Of a stretch of 64,000 nt of DNA, positions 10,881 through 23,200 are shown one piece after another. The position numbers and the translations under genes were made by a program. Source of the DNA: Camelus ferus (lineage: Eukaryota); contig NC_045707.1 in NCBI RefSeq assembly GCF_009834535.1, positions 52,392,001 through 52,456,000 of the forward strand, given 5' to 3'. The notes beneath the pieces are model-generated. The model saw only the letters and a list, made by a program, of their open reading frames with translations, was not told the origin of the DNA and made no database searches. Position 1 is the first letter of the stretch. Every line of letters starts with the position of its first letter.

Positions 10881-12078
10881 CTGTTAGAGGTGTGGGCAGG
10901 ATTAAGGAGCCAACAAAAGTTGGTGAAGCACCCGGGAATAGCAACAGTGTGGAGTCATTACCATCATGGGGGAGGGATGGGAGAGAAGCAGTGTTCCTGC
11001 AACGTGGGAGCCCTGGAAGTGGGAGGGGGCCAGCCAGTCAGGAGTGGCAGTGGTAGGGGGCGTTGGGGGCCAGGAGTAAATACCCCACCCTCTGGGTCCT
11101 CCCACTCTTTGAGCTCTTGCTGTCACCCTCCCACTGGCTGCTTCTACCCAACAGGTGAGGCATCCCCGGGGATTTAATCTGCAGGGGTCATTGCCCTCCC
11201 TGAGCACACAGCAGAGCAGGGAAGAGTGTGGAAGGGACCAGGACCAATCTCAATCCCGTATACAGGAGAAAACCCAATTTTTCTGCAAGTTCTTAGGCTT
11301 ATGCTAGAAACAGGAAAGGAGACCTGTAGAAGCGAGGTGATACTGCCACAACAAACAACCTCTACATCTTACAGTGTTGCCCCAGCATTTATCACCGCCA
11401 TGCAGGGCTCAGCTCCATGTGGTCACTCAGGGACCCAAGCTAATGGTGCTCTGCCTTCTGGAGGTTCTAAAGGGAACAGGAAGCCTTCTCAGTGCTGAGG
11501 GTGAAAGGGAATTGTGCATGTGCTTTTCACTGCTTCATCCTGGGAGTAACAGCCACCATCTCCACTCATTTTATTGGTCCTCTCTTGTTTTCTAACGTCA
11601 GTTCCTTACCCTCCTTGAAATCCCTTCCTTTTTCCTTTGAATTTCTCCCCTCTTCCCACTAGCTGCCTTAACACTAAATTCCTGTTCCTTTCTTACTCAG
11701 AAAATTTAGTTTTTCACTTACCCCAGACTAACCTGGTCTTGTTTATAATGTCTTATTTCCATAAGCCAAACTCCCTACTGAAGTATATTCTTATGAAAGA
11801 TAAGTCACTTCTCTTCTTGAGAGAAAATCTGAGGTCAGCTTTTAAGGAGATTCAATTTGTTTCTCACATATAATTTCTCAATTAAAAAAAAATGATGACA
11901 TTGAGAGTCAGAGAGGAGGGTGACTTACCCAGGGTCGTACAGGATTGACTGATTTCCTCACTCTGTGTCCGTATCTCTTTCCTGTATCCTGCACCACCTC
12001 CCTCTCTGTATGCTCTTCTTGGAAAAACCACTCTTCCCTTAATACCATCTGCCTGGTTTTTCTTTTAATCTTGTGCAG

Positions 12079-12353
12079 TTGAGCTCTGCATATAAAGAAG
12101 CCAACACCTTGGTGAGAATCATTAATTTTCAGAAGCTTTATTTCAGTGACTCCAAAGATAATTGCTAAAAATAGGTGCACTCCCTGCAAGACACAGTTAA
12201 AATCAACTCATTTTGTGGTCAGGGCTCCCAAAGGCATGAGATGTGCAGAGCATGCAAGTGTTTGAGCAGCCGTGACAAATTTCCCCACGGTTGGGCGTGC
12301 AGTAAATAATGATTTTCTCAGAGGCAGCCTTTGGTGCTCCGAGTTGGAGGTGG
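12079..12353 (+). pseudogene. Whole-domain FN3 relic exon resembling FN3-3
   Basis: Acceptor ttttcttttaatcttgtgcag| (12078) and donor G|GTGAGT (12354) delimit 275 nt. Reads LVRIINFQKLY/Q*, KNR(C)T/LQDTVKI, (C)LSS/VTNFPTVGRAVN. Confidence 0.6.
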
Positions 12354-13803
12354 GTGAGTACAGATGCCTGGAGATGTCCAGGTAGGCCTGGGATTTTCCA
12401 GAAGGGAACACGCATCATCTTCCATAAATACAGGAGTACAGGGAGGAGAGAGGTTCCTGGGGACCGTACATCTGGGATTACTAGTATTTCAGAAGTCCAC
12501 AAATATGTTCTCTGCCTAAGAAACCTTCAATTAATGTTGATAATATTCTTTAGCGTCTGAAGGAGACATTCCAGTTGGTATAAGTTCAAGGTCTAAAAGA
12601 ATTAGCAGCAGGTCGTAAGTGGGCGCCATTCCTATTTTTCTCTTTGGCCCATAGAGGAAGGTAGTTCTGTTCACTCCTCTGCTTTCTAATAAGTGTGGGG
12701 AGGAAGCTTATGGACTTGGCAAGACTTGGCTTACCTCCTTGTTGGGTGTCCCAGTGGGCACACTTACACCTTTCCTTCTCACACTGTCCGTGGTCTTCCT
12801 CCTTCCATCTCTCCCTCTTTCTTCTTCTCCATCTCTCTCCCTGCTTCCCTCTATCTCTCTCTGTTCTTCCTTTGGACCTGTCTCCTCCCAGATACAGCAA
12901 GGGCTGGCATGTCTTTCTCCTTGTGAAGACCAGGCAGCCTCCTCTGTGTTTGCTCCAGCTTCTCAGCCTGTAACTGGGTGGGTAACTGAATCGTGCAGGT
13001 CTCAGAGTACAGATTTGTAAGGGGAGCCATGTAATGTTCTCCAAATTCAGTTCTACAAGTAAAAACTAACTCTTCCCTTGGGTCCTTGCATCTTTTTTTT
13101 AGATGTGCTAGAATCCATATGGGGAGGAAAAGGCCTGCCTGATGTCCCTGAACTTTCAACATATAGAGAGTAGGCTGAGAGGTTAAAACTTCCACACAAG
13201 GACTAGCACATGAGAGGAAAGAACAAGGTGGAGTAACAGATGCTGTTGATGGGGCCCCCAAGGCCAAGGTCAGCTCTTGAAGGCAGAAGGTTTTCAGCAG
13301 TTGGAAGACTTCGGTATGGATGAACACCAGGGGCTGTGAACCTAAATATTTTGTAGTCACAGGTGTTTTGACAGATGTGGGTCGTATGTTGTAGGACTTC
13401 AGCTGGGGCCCTCAGAGTCAGTGCCTGGGGTTAGGGGGAGAAGAGATTCATCCTAGGTGGGGTCAAGAAGACTTTACCAGGAACTGAAACAATCAAAGAT
13501 CCTTGTCTTGGTTGAAGGTACTTGTATTTTTCTTGCGCCAGGTTTTTCTCAGCTATCGTAGGAGTCGCCATGTTGGAAAAGGCAAGATATTATGTAAGAG
13601 CCAGCGGAACTTTCTGCAACACGGGCTTCTCCTTAATCACAGCCACAAGGCAAGAGGGCCACTGTAAGGACTGGGTGGAGGTATTTTGTGCCTCCTCTCC
13701 ATGCCATGGCCCACCTCTAATTTCAAGGTTGGGGCCGGAGGACCATTCCCATGGAAGCTGGCAACGTTCTGCTAAGTGTCTTATCTTCGCTTTCACACCT
13801 TAG

Positions 13804-14149
13804 TGTGTTTTCTGAAGCCACATGACAGCCTGAAAGAGCAGGGAAGTTAACAAACCCCGAGGAGCCCTCAAAGGATAAGGCTGGGAGGCAGTGAACAAAG
13901 ACCCCCCCACTTGTCCTTCAGAGGGACGATCTGAGGCACAATACTGTGTTCAAGGGTCCCCAGTGGGGTTGAACCCCAGCTGCCCACAGTATTAACCTGC
14001 TTGGACCTGCCCCTTTGTGACAGTTACCTTTTCTATGCCCCCCTCTCACCACCCCCTTACTGTTGCTTCCAGGGGCTACATCATCCCAAATCAGCTCTCT
14101 GCACCCAAGTCCTCAGATTTTACTACCCTCAGGGAACCAAATAAAGACA
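13804..14149 (+). mobile_element. ERVL LTR (LTR16-like)
   Basis: ccccagtggggttgaaccccagctgcccacagt...cccaaatcagctctctgcacccaagtcct...gggaaccaaataaagaca. Confidence 0.6.
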
Positions 14150-16597
14150 ACTGGATGCCTCTTGTGTGTCAGATGTTTGGAGACTAAACTTTGGCAAAGG
14201 GAGTCTAGTTGATTTCTTTCTCCCTTTATCTTTTTCTTTATCCGAGTTAAGGGACTAGGAGTGTTGAGTTCAGAGAAAGTGAGACAATAGGTGCTAGAAA
14301 GAGATTTTTAAACACTACTTTTTAGTAGCTTGGGGAATTAAAAAGTAGGAAAGGCAAGATTTGGGACAAATAACCTATGACAGAGTGTCATCCCTTTTAT
14401 TTTGACTTAGTGCTGGCAGAAGCAGTAGTGGGACTTTGCCAACCATGGGAATTTTAAATTTTTAGATCTTTCCCAGTTGTTGAGGTTACAAATAATGGTT
14501 ACATATTTATTGTTTTAATTTGTATTTCTTTAATTAGAGGTAGAGCATTTTTCTTTTATTTATTAATCACTTTTTTTCCTGTACATTCCACAAATTATTT
14601 ACAAATCACTTAGATTGAATAGAGATTTGGGTAAAGCCCTCTCTTATTATAAGAAATGCTACAATATCATAAAAAAAATCCAATCTCCTTATACTAAAGT
14701 ATAGCAATTGAAAGAACAATGACATTTTTTCTGTACTTTTTTTGGTAACTGACATGTTTGGTAATACCCCATGCATACAGTTTTTTGCAGGGAAATTGAC
14801 ACTGAGATTGACAATGCAAATTGGTACACTGTTTTGAAGCGCCTGAACCATTTCTATTAAAATTAAGATGAGCCTATTCATTGTTGCATCATTTCAAGAA
14901 AATTTGTCCTGCAAAAGATGCTTACAACGAGGTCCCAAATATTATGCTTTATTGAGTGTGTGTATGTTGGTCTGTGAATGAAGAATGGACTAGCCAAGAT
15001 GGAGAATTAATTAAGACTTCTCGCTCCTTCCTGAATTTACCCCTGGAGATGTTGCAGAAGGGAGAGAGAGTCACGGATCCTTGAATGTAACTAAAACTAT
15101 GAAAATCATTTGGAGAGGGTGAAAGGGATAGAGTGTTGGTCTGAAAAGGTCAAGAGAGGTCCAGGTGCCAAAGACGGCAGATAGGCAGGGTGAGAACTCT
15201 AGAGTTAGCCCCCTCTTTGCTGTTGCATGCAGGGACACAGTGCTTCAGCTCAGCTAGTCTGAGGCAGTTGGAATAATAATAGCAAGACAGGGCTGGGGAT
15301 CTGCGGGGGTGGTGAGCTGATGACAAGGACTGCCGGTGAGCTGGCTGGTCTCTGTATAATCCCAACAGAGAGTGCAGCCCACGGTGAGCAGCACTGTCTG
15401 GAGCCTAGAATCTGGTCCATTCCTAGAAGAGGAGTGGGAGGGGCCGTAAAGGAAGCAGCTATGAGCAAATTGTTACACCAGGCTCTCTGACCTGAAAGAT
15501 CCTTCCCACAGCCCAGTTCAGCAGGAGGAGTACAAACTAGGGTCAAGGATTTTGCCACCAACCCCATCTCCCTTTATGCATCCTCGCTAAGGTTCCAAAG
15601 GAGTATAAGTTTGTAGGAAAATACAGCAAGACACCAAATTCCATAATCTATACCATAAGGAGCAGAAATAATGATTTAACCAGAATTTTTAAAAATTAAA
15701 ATAAGAGAAAACAATATTCTAAGAGAAATAAGCAAAGATCTTAGGAACATAGGAATAAAAAAGTTTTGAAGAACTCTTTGGCGATTGGGGGCGTGAAAAA
15801 TATATTGTAAACAACAAAAGATATTTTGTCAGTGGTGAGTTAGGCAGCAGAATGAATACAGCTAAAGGACAAATTAGTGAACTGGAGGATTCAGCCAATG
15901 AACTCCCCGGAAAGCGTCTGGGAGGGATGTCTTTGGAAGAAAAGAGAAAAGTTAAGAATTAGAATTCCAGTACGAGTCTCAGAAGGAGAAAGAGAATAAA
16001 TGGTGAGGAGGCAGCCATTTGCCAGAATTAAAATCGGGGATGGTATTTAGGCAAACAGTTGGGAACTTCAGGTCCCCAAGCTCCTGGGCTGTCACCAAGA
16101 GACTCTAATCCAGAGTGGCACTGCAGCACAGTGGGGTTCCTGAGTGTATTCAAACATGGTAATTTATTACTATTTATTTACAAGAAACAGATTGTCTTTT
16201 GACCTTTCTATTCCTACAGGGCTGGTTCTGAGCTATTGTTGTAATGGTTTTCAGCACAGAGGAAGAATGCAAAATGTGTAGCAATTTCCAACTCGATGCC
16301 TCTTGGTCAGATTTTGATGGATAAAGGGATGCAAATGAGATGCAAGACCCTTGTTAAGCACCATTCCCCCTGATCATCCTGTTCAGACACTAAGCATCTG
16401 GGCAGCAGCTGCGGATTTTAACTCTTTTGTTCCCTTTGCAGTATCCTTCTGAAGTTCTTTTCCCCTTTCCTTATCTGTTTTGTTTACTATTGTCAATTTT
16501 GCACATTTTTTTTTTTTCCTATTCTTGTTTTTTTTTTCTACGTTTCTTTCATCATTGCCACTTTCTCTTCTTCTTCACTGTTTCCAAAGTTATTCGT

Positions 16598-17000
16598 GAT
16601 TCATCCATCAATGTATCTATTCAACAATTATTTTGAGCACCTACCATGTTCCAGGCACCACTGAAGGCAGTGAGGGCACAGTGAACAAGACAGATCAGAG
16701 GTACCTAAACCCACTCCAGTGGGGAGGACAGATAATAAGCAAGTCAACAAACAAAATAAAGAAAAAAAAAAGACAAATCCAGGTCTTAATAAATGCAATG
16801 AAGACAATCTATGCTAGAGAGTGACGTGGAGTGGGGCAGGGTTGCTTTAGATGAGGAGAGAGTTGTCACGGTAAGTCTTTCTTAGGAGGTGATGGTGGAA
16901 TTAAGATCTGAATTATAAGGAGGAGCTCTGCGAGGTCTGGTGGAAACATGGTCCCAGCAGAAGGAAAAGCACGTGCAAACGCCCTGCAGTTGGAATGGTA
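16598..17000 (-). mobile_element. L2 3' end
   Basis: ttcaacaattattttgagcacctaccatgttccaggcac...cagcagaaggaaaagcacgtgcaaacgccctg. Confidence 0.8.
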
Positions 17001-18674
17001 CATTTTTCTAACTCTCTTTTTTTCCACCTCATTTTTCATCTCTAGTAAATTTAGGTGGAGACCATGTCCTTACAACCTTAATTCCCTGTGACCTGGTTTC
17101 TGCTCCAACCACTTGCTTGAAACAGTTTTCTTTTTGTTTGACATTGTTTCTTTGATGGCCACCAATGTCATCCTAGGTGTGACAGTGACCTGAGAATAAA
17201 GAAAAACAGAGAGAATGTTAGCCCTTGGTCCCTGTGTTCAGTAGTTGGACGTCTGTAGCTCAGTCTCATTCTGTTTGGGGGTAGGTCTTTATAAGGGTAG
17301 GGAGTGTAGAGGAAACCTTTATGAGATATGAAAGCCCACATTGACCCATGTAATCTGGATTGGGTACCCATCTCGTGTGTTTCTCTAGCCCCTGTCATAG
17401 CTGTTCCCTCCTTCTGTCACCTGTGAGTCCATATACAATTCCTTTCCTTCTTTAATCTTCACGAGGCTGCCTGTTTCTTCTTGGCCCTCTATTCTCATTT
17501 CCCTTGTAATAGTATTATTCATTCATTTGTCACGGCCTCGTGGTGGGTAGAATGCACTTTCCTGCCCCTTGACCTTGTTACTCTGACTGTTGGGATAATA
17601 GTAGACATGATACAGGCACAGGGTTGGAATGTACCTGTGTGGTTGGACTGGCCCCCTGCATTCCTGTCATTACCATAGGATAAAATGCCCAGAGAATCAG
17701 CTCATCCCAGAAAAAAGGAGAGACAATTTCAGCACACCTGAATCCAACCCAGCCTAGATCAATCAAAACCCAGCTACCCATAGATGTGTGAGCAAGAAAT
17801 TAATATAAATATAACAAATATAACTCAATAAATAGTCCTTGAATAAATGTATATTGCTTATGCCATAGTTGCTTGTTTATAGGTCTGTAATGAGCTCTCT
17901 GGGGCAAGGAACATTAACATTTCTGCACTCTAAGTCCATCCATGCTCCAGGTGAGCAGTCAGCACTCCGAATACTTTCTGGAATAGGTCTGAGGTTTATT
18001 CAGGAGACATTGGCAGCCTCAGCTTCTATCAGCCAGGAGCCAAGGTAGATTGCTGCTGAAATCCTAAGGATTTCAGAGCTTGACCCTTGGGTCCTGAGTT
18101 TCTGGCCCTTTTCTTATTGTCATGAATTTTTAAGTGTCTGTGCTGTGAATGGCCATCAGTGAGGGCTAGAAGGCTGGACAGTCTCCAGGCTACTAAGTAC
18201 CCAGGACATGCTGCAGAATGATCTAGAGGTCGGCATGGTGACAAGGAGCAATTTGCTGCCTCCTCATCACGGAGGATGAGAGGGACAGATACATTGCCCC
18301 ACATTGTCCATGACAGCCGTAATGCTACCTGATTTACAGGCCTCCAGGGCCTTCCCGTTGCGCATTAAAGTGTCCGTGTTGGGCTTTTCCTCTGTCTGAG
18401 TATCTCAGGTCCAGCCTCGAGGAGCTCGAAGAGGAATTGATTCACATTGACGTGGCTGGGCAGACGAAGCTTCGGGTGGTGATTCTCAGGCGGGATGCCT
18501 GTATAGAGAAAGCTGATACAGCTGTGTGCACGCGGGATCTTTTATTTTTCTGTCCAACCTCTTTTATCTTTTGGTGGTAGCACCCTGCTTTTTCTTTGGG
18601 AAAACTACTCTCCCCACACTGGATAGCACGTTGGTGGCGCTGTCAAATAAATAAATTAATATTTTTCTCAATTT

Positions 18675-19395
18675 GTGCTTCAGCCAGAACAGAGCCTAGG
18701 CAGAGGACTTGAGTGCAGGTAGTTATTTGGAAGGTGACTTTAGAAGTACTTTTAAGAAAGCAGGGAAAGTGAGAGTGGGAAAGGGGCATAAACCAGTATA
18801 GGATGGGCTAACGAGTGGATTACCGATGGCACGGAGGACCGAGCCTGCTTGAGGAACCTCTCAAAAACCACTTGGGATGTGCCTCAGAGTCATCCCACTT
18901 GAGGCTAGGGAGGGGGAGGGGAATTCATCTGCTGACTCCTATCTTTTTTTGAGAGTAGAAGAGAGATTCAGGATCTTGTAATGAGATGCTGTTAGTGGGC
19001 TGTCTACCACTGTCTCCCAAAATTACAGGCAAACTCACGTGAGCAGGACGATGTGGGCTATCAGCAGCAGCTCCGCAGTACCATTTCCTCCTCTGGCCAC
19101 AGGTGGGCACAAGCCCCAGGTCAGCCCAATCAGATGCTCTCTGGAATCTTGAGGAGATTAACACAGGGGATGGGAAATGACTGGAATCTGTTCATCTTCA
19201 TGGCGGGGTGCAGAAGGGACTGGCTGCTAGTTCTTGATACCTTAACGCCCAGAGTGATTCCAGTTCACATTCTCTCTGGTTGTTCAGTTTTTCTTCAATC
19301 CTCTGAGCCTCTCCATAAATCCTTCCAATAAATTCCCCTCTTATTAAGTTAGCTAGAGCTGATTTTGGCGGCTTGCTTACAAAACGCCCTGACAG
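18675..19395. mobile_element. Adjacent old ERVL/MaLR-type LTR fragments
   Basis: LTR33-like block at 18675-18925, followed by an LTR ending aataaattcccctcttattaagttagctagagctgatt. Confidence 0.5.
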
Positions 19396-19699
19396 TTGCT
19401 GGGTCTCCTCCATAAGGGGCTGTCAGAAGAAGCGGTCTTTCACGTGGCTTGAAATGAAATGGCACACTTTAGACTCTCAGCGGGACCGCAGATTGCAGGA
19501 TCATCTTTGCTTAAGGTTACTGAAGACCTCAACACCCAGCCCTCAGTCTCAGCTCATACGTCAGCTAGCCCATTTCCCCCAGTTCACTCTAATTACCATC
19601 CTTAGCTAATCACGAGTCTCCGGTATTGCTTTTGGATAGATGTATGTGATACAGAATGGTATGGTGTGGTATGGTGTAGTGTGATAGAGATTTCCATGG

Positions 19700-19930
19700 C
19701 ATGGCACGTTGGTTAGGGTGTGGATGCTGGAGCCGGACTCCTTGGGGTCAAATCCCAGCTCTGCCATTAACTGACTATGATCTTGAGTAAGTTACTTAAT
19801 CTCTCTGTGACTCAGTTTCTTTAACTGTAAATGTGAATAATAATAGTAGCTAGATTATAGAGTTGTTGTAAAGATTAAATGAGTTAACAAAAGTACCCGC
19901 ACATGGCCAGTGCTATGTAAATATTAGCAA
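19700..19930 (+). mobile_element. MIR
   Basis: tcaaatcccagctctgccatt...gagtaagttacttaatctctctgtgactcagtttc core. Confidence 0.85.
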
Positions 19931-20094
19931 CTCTTACGCCTGAAGGCTGTATGTGTACAGGTCCCTGTGCTTTTTGGGTTCACAACTCTGCTTCCTTAAC
20001 CTCGTGAAAAGCACGGTTGGTAGGACTAGCTGCCCTCTCTTGGGCTTGGCTCAATGTTTGCCTTAAAGGGCAGGGAAAAGTACATTTTATATTC

Positions 20095-20240
20095 ACCTAC
20101 TATGTGCCAGGCATCATGACAGATGTCTCTCTAAAAGACAGATACTGTAACTGCTATTTTACAGGTGAGAGAGAGCTCAGAAAGATTAAGTAACTTGACC
20201 CAGTTCACTCAGCTAGAAAGAGTCAGAACTGCCATTCTCC
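20095..20240 (-). mobile_element. MIR
   Basis: cctactatgtgccaggca...ttttacaggtgag...ttaagtaacttgaccc. Confidence 0.75.
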
Positions 20241-23200
20241 TAGGTCTGTTTGGTTCCAAAGTTTGTGCTGTTTCCCCTGTGTACATGGCTTCCCCTACAC
20301 CCCAAAGCAGATAGCTGCCCTTTCGCTCCCCGCCGGCCTTGCACAGTTCCTATCCTCGCCGTTACCTTCCGAAGTTGTGGTTTTGACATCAGGGCTGCTG
20401 GGTGCATCCCTGAGCAGCAAGTGGACTCTGAGTCCCACTCCTTTTGCTTTGCCACTCATTTGTAAATTTTTTTTTTCTCAGTCTGTGTAGATGATCAAGG
20501 ACATAATAATATTCACATCATCTTGTTTTGGGCTTTGGCTGGCAATGATTTAGGGACAGCCGGCATCTTTACATTACTAATTATTTTCCACTAAAGAGCG
20601 AGGTGTAGCTTCCCATTGATTCAAGCTCTCCGTGTCCTTCCACAGAGGGTCACTGTGTTCGCTCATGCTGTGTCTTTGTTCCTCGTTAATCTCATTGATG
20701 GACCATGGCAGAGGCTGTCGGCCACCCATTCAGCCCTCGCGGCGCCCACTCCCTCTTGCTTCTAGAACATCTTCCCTCTTTGATGCAAAAGCGTGAACTT
20801 TCATCTTTGTTTTCTACGCCCTGCATATGAGACGCTTGCTCCGTGTTTTTAAACATTTTTGAAAAAATCATAGGCTTGCACCCACGTTCAAAACACTACT
20901 TCTATTTAGATGTCCGCCTCTGTTGTCCTGCCTCACCTGTTAGTCAGCAGTTACCTTGAAAGTAAGTCTTAAATTTCAGACCCAAAGCAGGAAACGTCCC
21001 TCAGATAAAAACCCACTGCACACACGCCCGCTCCTTTCCTAGACGTCTTGTCATTTGCAAAGGACAAGGCAGACATTGCATATCAGCTACCTTGTTGGAA
21101 GCTTCCTAATTTCCTCATGAATGGCTCTACCTCTCCCTTGAGAAGCTGAAGTTGTGCAGTGCTTTTTGATGGGTGATGTCTGGGCCCTGGCGTGACTGGC
21201 TCTAGATTTATGGCCATTTGTGAACGACACGACAGATACAGCCAAGTGACGGGCTTTGGGAGCAGCAGCAGGCGGGAAACAAAAAGGTGAGACGGATATT
21301 TTTAATCTCAAGCTGATTGTGTCGTAAACTCTGTTTAGAGAGGGTCTACCATCAGACCTCAGAAGGCAGACAGTCAGAGAAACGTGTCTTATACTTTCCA
21401 AGGAGGTTGAGAAACCGACTCAGATTGGACCATGTGACAAAAATTCATCAGCTGAGTCATGCTGCTCGCGAAGCTAGACAACTGAGTAGTGTCAGCTTGA
21501 CAGGGACACAGATGTCGGGGCAGCTCTGCATTCAGACTGAATCAGGGATGTGCGAGTGCCTGCGTAAACCACAAACTAAGTTATCAGCAGATCCTAGTCT
21601 CATTCTGCACTTAATGTCAGGATTTCCAGATAGCTAGAATTTACGAAAACTCCCAGGCAGTGTGAGAAATAAGGCGGAAGGCAAAGAGGAGCCTCCCCAG
21701 CTCCCACCCTACCCCGTGGGCATGCCCCGTGGGTCACCTCCCCGACCTGCGCTGCTGGCTTTGGGCTGGTGGGTGGAAAAACACTTCCCCTTTTCACCTC
21801 GGGGCCTGGTAAACTCGGCGACCCAGGGTCAAAATTGTTGCTGGAGATGTCTGCTGACAAAGGAGCAGAGAGGGAATCACGGAAAGGAATCGGACCAGCT
21901 GCTCCTGAGACAGAACCGCTCTGTGCTAAGGGGACGGAGGAGGCCTGGCTGCCATCTGTTTCCCCGGGGCTGCGGGCAGCTCTAAATGCCCCCAAACCAG
22001 CAGACTTTCCCCCAGACCAGGGTGCCATCTCTACAACCATGATCAGTAAGTTCGGAGCTGGTGGGGTCACAGCCTGCAGTCTGATTCTCACCTGGGTGCA
22101 CAGGGGATGCTGACAGTGCTGGTGGCCCCTCAGGTGTGGTCCTTCCTGTGTATTCTGGGGGCTTCGTAGGCACACACCTGAGGTTTCTGCACTGAGGGGT
22201 TTCTTCTCCAAGACCTGCCTGCTCAGAACGTTGCCAGAGTGCTGAGGATGTGACCCCACCAGGAGTAGCCGTCAGCCCACAGCTGACACGAACGGAGGGC
22301 GAGAGGCCCCACTGCCAGGCTCCTCGAGAGGGACACGGCTGGGACCTGCTCCACCCCGTCTCCCAGAGGTGAGGCGGGCAGGGGGACCCCGGGCGTCACA
22401 GTGGGACCCGAGTGGCTGAACACACACCCTGTGGTTTCTTCAAATGGCTCATCGTGAAACATATTTAAAGATTTTCACGTATAAACTCAAATCAGAAAAA
22501 ATTCTTTGACCATTTATCAATTTTTTTTCTTAAGAAGACGATGTCTGCCGCATTAGTGTTAATTGCTCCCGTACGGATTATGTTTAAATGCAGGTTCTCC
22601 TAAGCTCGGTGCTGATTCCCCCGGATAGCTGCAGTTTTTCCAGGAGTCCTTCTGCCGGTCCTGAGGGTGACGTGGTCCGTTCAGCTGTGGCCTCACCTCA
22701 AGGACCTCCCCACCCCCTCCCTCTCCTGTCTACACTCGTGGGTTAAAGCCTGCAGGGTGATGTCACTGCGACCCGAGGAGGAAGGCGAGGAGCTGCGGTC
22801 ACTGCCGCGGCCTTAGCACCGATTTATGAAGACGGAGCTGCAGGGCCATTTCTGCTCTGTTTTGCATCTTGATTGCAGCATAAACCCAAATCCCAGACCC
22901 TGTGAAAACAGGTCCTTTCCTTCGCAGATGCTCGTGGTCACAGCCTCCAAGAGGCACCGCTCACCTGCGTTCCTGCTTTGCCTGCCGCGTCTCTCATGGG
23001 TGGCGTCTGGAGTCCAGGCGGCTCCCCTCCCGCCCGCCGCGCACGGCATTGTCGGCCTGTCTGCTGCCGCAGAAGAGGGCCTCCTGTTCCTCCGGGCGCC
23101 CTAACAGACGAGCGGCGTATTTGCTGGTCAGGAGAGATGGCAGATCCCTCTTGTCACCATTCCTGTCTGTGTGCCTGCCCTCACCCCCGACTCACATCTA

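Larger units (their letters stand above)
2318..12973 (+). pseudogene. Decayed, intron-containing contactin-like (6 Ig + FN3) pseudogene
   Basis: Collinear motif relics with stops and frameshifts. Ig1: WLRE and QDT/QC/AI/SVG/VVLST. Ig2: SWLF, LVSRIT*N, SDS*HLQC, AIGVRFPLHLRNPG. Ig3: DAVSLPC, TRLGG, GETLR. Ig4: PHWVE. Ig5: LP(W)EP, KTRLSI|gtaagt. Ig6: C..THNTKIGFITW. FN3s: RSYRI/TGLESN..YQITV, ISVKW, QIGIGLG/PQG/EEWQ, TNF..RAVN. Recognised by eye only. Confidence 0.7.

Noticed and set aside
12335..12359. Antigen-receptor J-like FGA..ELEV|gtgagt
   Set aside because: Needs a 4-nt deletion and has no RSS. The exon is better explained as an FN3 domain.
21313..21637. Faint Ig-like words (ILSKEVEKPTQI, GQLCIQTESGMCEC)
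   Set aside because: Out of order with the contactin-like relic, lacks the first Cys and has no clear donor. Indistinguishable from chance without a profile search.
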